Below, piece after piece: positions 12,001-24,000 of a stretch of 64,000 bases of DNA. The notes beneath the pieces were generated by a model. It searched no databases. It saw only the letters and a list, made by a program, of their open reading frames with translations, and was not told where the DNA came from. Location of the stretch: assembly GCA_002633005.1 (NCBI GenBank), contig NMRA01000028.1, positions 1,583,505-1,647,504 on the forward strand. The letters run 5' to 3'. This DNA comes from Phoronis australis. Its lineage: Eukaryota > Animalia > Phoronida. A program made the position numbers and the translations under genes. The first letter of the stretch is position 1, and each line of letters opens with the position of its first letter.

Positions 12001-15000
12001 GATCAACTGGTTGGTGCTTATAATAACTTTATTATAACACGATATTTAACTACTCACCAAGTAACACTTGCTCTACTGTCCAGAATCTGAACATTGCTCA
12101 GTGTTTCTTCAGGTTGGCTTCTGCTCAGCGCTAAAGATATGTTGACATGGCACACTGCTGTTCATTGATTTACTAACATTCTCAGGTTAAAGGTATTAAC
12201 TATTAGGTCTGTCAGCCCTTAAAGGGACACTTGGAATTTTGAGATCTGTGTACTTTGCCATAACTCAAAGATTTCCCATCAGATAAATCAAAATGGCTAG
12301 ACTTTCTTCTACTATGTTATTCCAGGTGTCAAAATCAAAATCTGTCCCAGTGAAACTTTGCCATTTTCACTGTGTTGGGGCAAACACCTCTTGACTACTT
12401 TGCAATATAGGCCAGCTGCTGCACTGTTACGTAGCAAACAAAATATGTTTGCAACATCTGTCGCTCAAGCAGACTTTCACATAATGCCACACTGCTTTTT
12501 GGTAAACATTTAATTTGAAAAACCTTTAATTTAACTTGGTTCAAAAATCATTTTTATGGACTTGAGAAATTTATTTTTTGTTGGCAACATCTGTCCATTT
12601 TCTGTCGTGGATTAATATCCCTCGTACATATTTGCAGCACCCATAGACATTCTGTTTGATATGGATTTCTAGAAATTTGCAAGATCGTCGTGTGGATTGT
12701 GGACCACCCATGTTTACTCAGTGGGGCTTATTTCCCTTCTTTTTCTGTCTCATAACGTTTAAAAGTAACTGACTCTTTCACCACCATTTAACATGGATTC
12801 TCACGTTCTTTATACGATACTTTATACTTTTTATTGCCTTCTAACATAAGTTAAGTTACAATTTCATACAATTCACACGCTCGAGTAAGTCTCCTGTATA
12901 TCTTCATAGGTTCCCTATTGTGTGGTTTTGCGCAGCACTTTTTGTGGTCTCATCTTTGTAAGTGCACAGAGGTTGGATCTAGACAAGTTACCTCTCAGAC
13001 TGTAAATGTCTCAGTCAGCAGACTACCTAAAGTAACAAACCTGCCTTCAGTGTCTAAGTGGAAATGATATGATGAAAGTTATCTGCAGATAGATGAATAT
13101 CAAGAGTAAGCAATGCCACAACCTAATGTAGCTCATGCACTGGATTTGGTGGCTAAACTATCAGTCATGGTAAATTAGTATTGCTTTTGAAGTGTAGATG
13201 CACACATTTGTAGGCAGTTGGAGTCTTTAAATCCTTCATGTATTTTTAAATGACATTGTTTTCGAACCCATTAATCTCTATAGTAAACCAATCACTAAAC
13301 CATTACACTGGTGATCCACCAGAGTACGTTAAAGTTCTTGAAACTTGGGTGGCCAGGCTCGCACCTCTCGTACCTGGGCAAAACGTCAGCGTTGACGAAT
13401 CCGGAGACGTACTAGAAGGAAATCTTAATTACCAAAGTATTTGTTCGAGTTCGAAGGAAGGCCATCAGCGACCTCCTGAGATGTCCCTCAAGTCCTCATT
13501 AGATAGTTATAGCAATGTTACAGATAGTTTGGTCAGTGTGAGGCATAATTTGCCGAAAAGTGTCGACGGCATATGGCAAGCTTATAGAATGACCACCATC
13601 TGTAACAGCTGTGCTGACCTGGTTCAGACGGTAACACTGTCCTCTTTGCCAAGATGGAAAATGTATATTGGGCTTCTTTCGCGGAGTTGAAGGTTTCGAA
13701 AGGAATTCACAAATTTCAGTAGCAGATGCCATATTTTTTAATTACGATAAATAATTTAATCTATCGAATTCCTCATTGGAGACCGATTCTGGCCATAAAT
13801 AGATCGACAGACATTTTGTAGTTGGCGTTCATTCTTTCTGAAGGTGCACTGTTTTTTTTCTGTTTTAGAGAAATAGCGTATAACAAGTTATTGCTAAAAT
13901 GCATAAATGCATGAGAAAGAGTAAGGCAATTCCCTGTTGTCTAATTTGCAAAACAAAATGGTATAAAATTATATTAATTTGCTGAAATGTATTTCTGTTT
14001 TTGAAAACGGATAGTCATGGTCCTAACCCTAGCAGAAGAAATTGTATGAGCTAACCTACAGGCAAGTGGTTATTATTTTTGCATAGACCTGCCTTTGTCC
14101 AGGTGGGTACTTGCTCAGGTGTGGTAAGTTGTCACAGAGGTATCAAAGAAAACGAGTTTGGTCCCAGATAATTTATTCCTTGGCAATTAGGGCTGGCTAT
14201 GCCCTAGAGTAAGCTTATATTAGAGGAGGTAGGATTATGTATGGGAAAACTATCATGAGGGTGGGCCTTATGTGTATGAATGCTGTTATAAGGGAGAAAG
14301 TTATACCCAGGGTTGGCTTATGCCTGAGTATGCAAGCTTATTTGTAAGAAACTCATAGGTGGGTCTGGGATTATATCCTAATATGGGTTTATACTTGCGT
14401 AAGTCATTGAAAACAATTGTTTGTGGTATGTGTGGTTCAGGTTCTTTGAAAAAGATTTTTTGTGCTTTGCAAGGTTTTTGCTGTGTCTGGTAACGGTAAG
14501 TACCCACGGAAAGAGTAGCTTTCCACTACTGAGTTTGAGCATAGTGCCCCTATAAGCGCACTCCACGCGTTTTCAGACTTTGCTAAAATAAGCGCCCAGT
14601 CCATGAAGGCCGAGTACATGCAAAAAATGCCTTACCTACAGTTCTAAAATGTTACAGTAAGGTCTTCAATTTATCAGTAAGATCTGACTGTCTTGAAAAA
14701 ACCATTGTGCGCGGAATTTGTCGACCACGAGCCTCGCCGCTATGTCGGTATTTGGCCATCATGACTATGCACTGTAAACTTCCGCCGTGCTTCAAAAGAA
14801 CGCAAAAGTTTTGCTGATCTTCCGAGGGACATGTCCTAATATGGTCTGACCTTTCAGAACAGACACAGCGTACTTGTCAAAAGGATTGTATCGTATCTTT
14901 CCCGCACAGATCTTTTTCCTCAACAGGAATCCAAATTTCTTTGTATACGTGAAAACCGCGAATCGAAGACTAATAAAAACTTGACCTTTGTTCTGTTAAA

Positions 15001-18000
15001 AGCACGAGGCCAGGAAGCGCGCACTAAATACAAGTACCTGTCATCGAATATTAGTCTTTGGGAATTATCTATTCATGAAACGAGTAGCATAGCATCGTCA
15101 AGAAATAGATACTGGCACTTATTTCTTAAAGTTTCTAATACGGTAAAAATGTTTGTTATTTTTAGGAGGAATTATTGAATTAATTGAATTTGATGTTTTT
15201 AAAGTCAAAATGACCCACCGATAGTGAACACTTCTGCACCTTTACACCCCCCGAATCTCCCGAAAAATAACTGTTAGAGTATCATGCTTCCAGTCACCCA
15301 AGGACTCAATATCGGCCTTATCGAGAACATTCTCGAACGTTTTTTTAGCAGATGAGATCAACAAGTGCGGAATAAAACACGTTCTGCTTTACTGCTTGTG
15401 TTAATTTCTTTAGTTGCAGGCCTAGATTGTTATATCGCATTTACTCTGGCAAATGAACTCTGATGACACACACGCACTCGCTCACTCACACATGCAGACG
15501 AACTTCAAAACACCCATATAAAAAGGGGACAACAATATGTGTGTTCGTTCAGAGATTTTCTCGTGTTGCGGAGTACGATCTAGCGCAGATTTCGACTTAA
15601 TATGCAGTTAATCCGGATTCCACAGGAGCTTGAATATGTTGGGGACGCTATTTTGAAAACTTAAGCAGGACTTCAGGTAATTTGTTGAGTCGAAACTCCA
15701 TTTTTACTCAAGAATTAAAATTGACCTATCGGCGATCACGAGGCAGCGATGCATCAGTCGGCTAGTTTTTGCACTGGGATTTTCTGAAAAATCCTTGTGA
15801 CTTAACAACAGAGCTCGATAGCAATGCACTGCAATTTTGTAGAAACTCTGTCATAGGTTACAGATGCGTCATAGAGCGTAAATTTGGTGAATTCTAGATT
15901 ACGATTTCGCCTCTTTTGCAGACCGGGTTTCAACCTTTTTGGGCTATAATAAGCGCCCCTCTTCCTGAAGCGAATTTTTTCTAGGCGCCCCGGGCGCTTA
16001 CTAGGGCGAATACGGTAGTTATTTATACAGAAATGGAAACAATAGCGTAATGATGTAGATGAGCAACAATGCCATCTGTTGGTATACTAGGGTATAGCAA
16101 CAGGTTAGTGCTTCTGCTCTACTGATGCTGCTGAGTGTCTAGTATATGGTCTTGGGAGAAAGTTAGATATTTGTCATAACATTAGAAACTTCAATGGTAA
16201 CCCCTTCATTTATATGATGGATCCATTCAATTTTCTTAAAGATTGTTTAACTCTTGTTTATTAAATTTCTTGTATTATGTCTCATCTCCGTTTGATGTAA
16301 ATTACATTTGATACATGAATATAGTCTAGTCCACACATATCCTACCCTACAGCAACTTGCACTAGGGCAACTTACCCATACAACTTTGTAGAGAAGCGTA
16401 CACGCACTCACACACACGCGCGCGTGCACACACACACATGGGATAACTGAGGTAAGGCGGAAGTTGACCTTCTGAGCATGACAATGAACAGCTGCTGCAA
16501 ATAGAGCACACAAAGGAAGACCTGTCTTTTATGTTACCACAACAGATAATTACTTCCACCTTGCCCCAGGTTTATGATCACACAGTGATTAGAAGTGGCG
16601 AAAGTTATCCTACCTGGGCAACCGGGTAAGTTGCAGTAGTTTAAATAGCGTCCAGATAACCTTTGAACCTAGCAACAATTTGTTTCAAAACAAACTTGTT
16701 CTTGGGTAAGTCTGTGGGAGGACGTCACACATTCTTTTAGTTTTGAGGTTTCAGTTAGTTATTATGAAACGAATACCATAAAATCTACTTAAATAAGCAA
16801 TATTTATGCTAAGTAGTTGCAATTTTTTTAATTTGAAGAAAATTCGGTTATTTCCAAGTTTCCTGCCAAATGATGTAATGGCCGGAAGACGTTAGGTCAC
16901 TTGACAATGGATTGCAATGGCGAAACACAACATATCAGAAGACAATGATGATTTTGAGCTAGAACTGGACAACTATCATGTAAAATAGACACTGAATAAT
17001 CACTGACAAAGGCCACCGTAAACCTGGGTCACTCGTATTCACTATTGCCCTGATAGAATGATTACAGTCTAAACACAATGCACAAGCCTACATTTCGTTG
17101 CACTTGAAATGGGCCGGGGATGAGGGCCTGGCATCACTTACCGAAGAATGGAAGCAGTTTGTTCATTATTAATAAAATTTGCAAATACTCTTACCAGTCC
17201 TTCATCGTAATGCCGCTTTTGTGTTTGGTCGAAACATGATTCCTTGAAATGTGCCGAACAAAGGGTGACTTTCAACCGAATCGCAGTTCACACTCTGGTA
17301 CAGGGTACAAACTGATACAATTTCAGTGCAACTTTCACGTCTTTAGGAAATTTGAACACAGAGATGTTCTGGGTCAAGTAGCAAATGCATTTTTTCATGT
17401 CTGAAAAAATGGTTTTCCACGGACTTTTCTCGCAAATCCTCAGTATCGCTCGGGTAAAAACAAGAATGGTGTAGACGGTTTTTCACCCATTATGTACAAC
17501 CCCAATAACAGAAAAATATTTTGAAAAATTTTTTTGACTTGTTTCTTAGCAATAGGTATGTTAAGGGGTACTTTAATACGCCTTAGTATATAAATATTTC
17601 TTAAGATGTATTAATAAAATTCTTTTTGAATCACAGGGTCATGATGGGAACTATTTTAAGTGTATGTAGACTGGAGGCTTAAGCACTGAAATAAACTTAC
17701 TTTACCATCTCTTATTAAACATTGCAGTTATGTAATGTTGATTGAAATATGTATTTACAATTATAGTTACTACTTATTTAACACGCTTTGTGTTAGGCTG
17801 TTTTCATATGAGCCACTTATTTTTATTGTATTTACATGGCACTTATACTCATCTTTCATTTTGTAGCTTCAACAAACAGTCCTCCCAGAATCGTTTCTGG
17901 TTTTAAACAATTCCTAGCTCTGCAAGAAAATGTGCCAGTTGGTAAGTATTGTTGTTGCAGTTTTGTAAAATTGCACGTTTGTGTGACTGTGTGCGTGTGC

Positions 18001-21000
18001 ATGTGCTTGCATTTGTGTGTGTGCATTTGGTAAGTCTGTTACAAGTCAGGTGATTTTAATTTCAGATGGTTTCTAGCATCCTGTTCATTTTGTGCCTATT
18101 ATTATGCGCCCACATATTTATATGTGGACGCATTATGCCGTCATCTCCGTCCGTCCGGGCGGCGTCCCGCGTCCGCTGCAAAACCCTTTGACATACATTC
18201 ATGAAATTTGGCACGTGTTCCATTCATGAATGGGACGGCATGAGCGAACTTTCGGACGGATCCGACTACCGGTGTGCCCCCTAGTGGCAATTTTAGTGTT
18301 TTACGCTTACCTTTGTATCTTCAAAAGTGGATGGATTTGATGTGGTTTGCGCCACCTAGTGGCCATTTTTACTGTTTGCGAGTCTGTTTTTTGCGTCCAC
18401 CCCTCTATCAACCAAACCGCTCAAAGAATGGTTGTGAAAATTCGCCTGTGCTTACTATGAGGAGGACGGTTGATGATGATTTTCTGACGATTTCGACTAC
18501 AGTGGCGCCTCCTAGTGGCAGTTTTGTTTTTTTGCGCCTATGGCTGTATCTCCTAAACCGTTCACAGGATCTTTACGAAATTTAGTAAGTATATTTATGT
18601 GATGTTAACAACAGACGACGACTTTTGGACGGATCCGACTACCGGTGTGTCCCCTAGTGGCAATTTTATTTTTTTTACGTTTACCTTTGTATCTTCAAAA
18701 GTCCGTAATGGATTTTCATGAAATTTAATATGTAGGCACTTATTAGTGAGATGATGCTATCCTCCCGTTTTCGGATGAATTCGACGAATTTTGCGCCACC
18801 TAATGGCCATTTTTTTACTGTTTACGAGTCTGTTTTTTTGCGTCCACCCCTCTATCAACCAAACCGCTCAAAGGATGATTGTGAAAATTGGCATGTATGT
18901 GCTTACTATAAAGAGAACGGTTGACGATGATTTTCCGACAATTTTGACCACTGTGGTGCCTCCTAGTGGCAGTTTTGTTTTTGTTGTGCCTATGGCTTTA
19001 TCTCCTAAACCGTTCGCAGGATCTTTACTTAATTTAGCAAGTGTATTTATATGATGTTGACTTCGGATGACCACGACTTTCAGACAGACCTGACTGATGC
19101 TGTGCCCCCTAGTTGCAATTTTAGTTTTTTATGTTTATCTCAGTATCTTCAAAGGTTCATTTATATGATGATGAGAACAGACGATGACGACTTTCGGACA
19201 GATCTGACTTCTGATGTGCCCCCTGGTGGCCATTTTTGTTTTATGTTTTAAAGGTCCTCAATGGATTTTCATAAAATTTTGAATACGGGCATCTACTGGT
19301 GAGATTATGCTATCCTCCCGCTTTCGGATGGAATCGAGATATTTTGCACCACCTAGTGGCCATTTTTGCTGTTTTCGAGTTTGTTTTTTGGTGTTTACTC
19401 CTCTATCAACCAAATCATTCTAAGGACGGTGTATTTGTTCTCAGTGTGAAGAGGACGGTTGACGATGACAACTTTGACTACTGTGGCACCTCCTAGTGGT
19501 AGTTTTGTTTTGCGCCCATAGCTGTATCTCCTAAACCTACTGCAGGATCTTTATTAAATTTAATAAGTGTATTTATATGAAGATAACAACAGACGACGAC
19601 GGCTTTCAGGCGGATCCAACGGACACTGTGCCCACTAGTGGCAATTTCATTTTATTCTGTTTTCCTTTGTTTCTCTGAAGTTCCTTGACAGATTTTTTGT
19701 GAAATATGGCATGTTCCTGTTTTTGGATGGATTGTATGTTTTTGCACCATCTAGTGGCCATTTTTATGATACAAATAAATAACCCTAAAAGCACACCATT
19801 TGCTATGCATTCGTGGTCGCATTTCAACGTTCCACGTTGCTCTTGTTTTACTGTTGGAGTTCATGAAAACTATGTGCTCATGGAGTGTGCCTTAAAGGTG
19901 AGTTCCACTTTCCACTACCAATGTTCTCCCTCCATGTATTCGAACATAGTGTTTCACATTGTCTGAAAAATCTGAGTCATGTTTTGAAATCTTGAGCCTT
20001 GTTTAAAAAACTGAGATATGTTTAAAATTCGTAACAAATGAAATAGTATTGTTTAGGGGGTTCTGAACAGTTCTCACTGGGTTTTGCCTGGCATTAACCT
20101 TATCACTATGAGCTTGCTTCTTGTAGTCAACTGCGTCGAAAACTATGAACAAAATGAGAAGTTGTGATTAGTTCACATTGAAACCACTGCAAATGACCAG
20201 GGAAACTTTAATCTGTTTCATGCTTTTTTGCCCCCTTCAATTCCACCAATTTCTAGGGTATGCAAATTGGCTGCAGCTTTAACCTCATTCATTAGAGCCA
20301 ACTAAGATAAAGTCACATTTTCAAAATTTCATTCATACGTAATGATTCCTTTCTAGACCTAGCAAATCTCTTCTTACAGGTTTTCAAATGTTAAAGATGA
20401 TGCCCGTACACAGAGGGGGGGGGAGGGGTGCGAGTAGTGTGAATGTATTTTGCTGTTAATGTGCATTGCTTTACAGACAGAAATCCAAAAGTTTTGATCT
20501 ACTTGTCAATCAGCCATTTACAAAATGTTATAAATAGGGCCAAGTATGTTTCAAGCATGCCACTTCGGATTGTGATAAAAGCAGCATATCTGGTTTGTGA
20601 CGGGGAGCTGCTCCTCTACAAGTTTGAAAATCTGGAGTGTGGGATTGAATTTCGCATTAACTCCCTTGGAAAGAAAAGAAAATCTTTAAAGATGTATTTG
20701 CTTGTTTTAACTATGCTAATGTATAGCACGATCTAAACAACAATACTATTTTAACACAGTCTCCGCTAAATTAAGTGCAGTTGTTTTCATTGACAACGTT
20801 TAAATGTGGAGACAAAAAATTCTGCAAATAGGTGACCTTTGAAATACTCTGCCTGATGTACCTCACGGGCTCACATAGCCCTCGTCATGCAGTGTTATTC
20901 CCCAGCGCTACATCGCAATACCTATTGGACACGGTTTAGTGATTGTAGTGGATCATTTTCGCCACAGAACTCGCTCAGCTGGCTACTTTCAACCCACTTC

Positions 21001-24000
21001 ATATTCACATGGCCGCTATATGTTGTGTTTACAACTAATTTTACAAAGCAGTTAAGGAATTAATGAGTTCCACTTAAAGAACAGAAAGACACTGTCTTCT
21101 GTAATAAACAATGTTATTTATTTTTATGCAATTTATTTTGTGGGATATGGCATTGCATTTTTTGTCGAGAACCAGAACAGACTTAATGCATTTGAAATAT
21201 CCAGTACAAAGCTGAAATTCTTTGCAGTTCAACCAAAGTTATATCCTACAATACCAATCATTAGTGACATTTAATAAAATTTGACATGAAGAGAGAACTG
21301 AAATACATTCATATCTAAACAACAGTATCAATACAGTCACCAATGTTTTTGATTTAAATGTTCATGATAAAATCCCAAAACCCTGTTCCGGTTTTATTAA
21401 TTTTTTTGCTTCATTTTTGCTTTATCCAGCTTTTCCTTAAAAGCACAAAAAGTTCTTATTTTTGATAACTTCTCATACAAAAGTGAAACATTTTAAAAAC
21501 AATTTTCCTGTACCTGGGTAGCCTGTTTTCTGTTATGCAAAATTGGTTAAATACACGACACTTGTCATTGTTAACTATCTTTATTCCATTCCACTTGTAT
21601 CCTCGGAACAAAATTTGACATTCAACGGAACATAAAAGTAACTGAACAAGAGACATGATTAAAAGACACAGGATATTTCTAAATTGTGCAAAACACGTCA
21701 ATTCGATACGAAGAGCACGATGTGTTGCGATTAAAAGTATTGGAGTCCCTTTTGATTGCATTCGAGAATCGTATTTTGAATGAGCAGCAAACAAGGGCCC
21801 ACCACACGTTACACCTGTTTGCGTGACTTTCCTGATCCCCCCTCCATTTGTCATTCTTTACTGTATTTTACACCAGCCGTGTCCCACTGTGTATGCTATT
21901 AGCTTTTACTCTGTGGTGGTATTACTGCTGTGCATGAACTTGGAATCCTGCTTAATCGCAAAATCGCGTATACGTGAACTTGGAATTGAATATTCATTTG
22001 TACAATCAGGTGATTTTTTGTTCAGTGTAAAGAATTTTTTAATTACTGGTCTCATGATCACCCATTTTCTCCTTTAGCCTAACTTATGTCAAAAGGGCCT
22101 TTCATACTAACGTCGACACGTTGATGGTTTGGGGAGTTGTGGTCAGTATGAACGCTTAACTCCAGTCCTGGATTGCAGTTAACAGCTCCAGTTAACAGGT
22201 CTATTTAATAGCGCAGTGTCGATGCTGCGGTGCAGTATGAACGCTTAACTTCGGTCCAATTGAAGTTGTCGCCAGGTGCCACTGTTATCATCAACAGTTA
22301 CAGGGTAGTGTCATCACTAATAGCTGCTTATATTTTTCTCTAATAATAACCAATCGATATAAAAATAAGTTTAATGTTACTTAGCACATGTAAATGTTTC
22401 CAAATTGAAACATTGAACAAAAATCTCAACGTGCAACGCTACCTTGCGATAACTTATATGACGACAGCAGCACCAACCGCTTACTTCGATGTTCATCAGC
22501 TACCGAAGCCAGTATGAATGGTCCAGTTAACTGCGCTGTTTACACCGATGCTCTGCTCAGACCGGAGTTAAGTCAATATGAAAGGGCCTAAAGAATCAGA
22601 AGAATATGCGTATGGTTAAAGCAATTATCGTTTGGTGAATAAGATCGCCAATAGTTGGAAAAATATTTGTTGAAATTTACGTTATTTTATTAGCATGTAA
22701 CTTGATTTAGTGCAGTGCAAATTTTTATCCACGTGAGGGAGATTATTTGAATGAACTTTTCAAGTTTAATGTTGTATTCCAAGTTCACGCTTACACGGTC
22801 TTGAGATTTGGCAATATTCCAAATTCACGTATAGCATTACTACATCATTTTATTTCCACTTGAGTGTGAAACGAATATGTTTCGAAATATCATGTTTTTT
22901 AATCATGGCTCATGGTCAGTTGGTTTACCAATGTTCTGCTGAATGTCAAACTTGGTTCCGAGGATACGCACGAAATGGAATGAAGATAATTAACAACAAC
23001 AAGTGTCATGTATTTAACCAATTTTGAATAGCCTTTTGGAAAACATGTAAAAAGCATCTAAAAGTTTCAATTGATTACAGTTAGCCATTATTGAGATACA
23101 ATGTTCCGAAGTTAGCCAACTTTAGCAATTTTCCTAGGGTTTTTACACAACCTTAAAGAACTTTGGGCCCCCTCATATTTTAGTTAAAGTAGTGATATAT
23201 CATATCCAATCAATTACAGGACTATTACTTTGTTGCTTAATTATAGACACATATGTTTGACATCATTTTATTTCAGTTTAATTAGACTTTGTCCCATTAG
23301 TGATAATTGTTGATGTTTTTTACCAGTCTTGTTTTTATATTGGTCTTTTCTGTTCATAGGAACTATTTTGATGAACTTGATAACTGAAGACGGAGATGGT
23401 GATAAGTTAACATACACTCTTCTCCCTGTGGCTGGTAGTGGTGTCCCCATACCACTTGATTACTATTTGAGAGTAAATTTCAGTGGACCCGCTGGAGCGG
23501 AGACTGCTGTTGTCAATGTGAACAATATGATTGACCGGGAGGTGAGTAGTGTCAGTTGGCTTAGTTGTCTGTTGTTTATCTCAGCGCAGGGACAGAAAGT
23601 AATTATATCACATCCCAAGCAACTGGAGACAAGCAGAGAGCCTAGTCGTGAATAGCGGACACTGATTTCATTTCTTCGAATGCTGAGTGCGTTTGTCAGA
23701 AGCGATGATATCTAATTATAATGATGCTAACTGGATTTCGTTTCTGGTATATGATACTTGTTTCTGTGTTGTCTGTTTCAAAATTATGAAACCTTTGTAC
23801 CGTTGTGATTTGTAGATTATTTTGGTCCAGTGTCCCACTCCAGCCTCTATGCTGGCTGTGGTTGTGACCTCAAACTATTTGCGTGCCATCTAAGTTCCAT
23901 TTTCTACTATTGAGCATTGACGTGTATGTGGATGACATGACTCCTGAACTGTTTGCTTGTTCCACTGTATACTGCCATACCCATGTCCGATGCATGAACC

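Noticed and set aside
11040-12240. Isolated TTAA-AGG-type termini (~11790, ~12219; also ~19892)
   Set aside because: No matching partner TIR could be found, so the elements could not be delimited.
13250-13732. 146-aa + ORF and overlapping 77-aa - ORF
   Set aside because: No recognisable domain and no fit to the cadherin splice chain; possibly transposon-internal, but unsupported.
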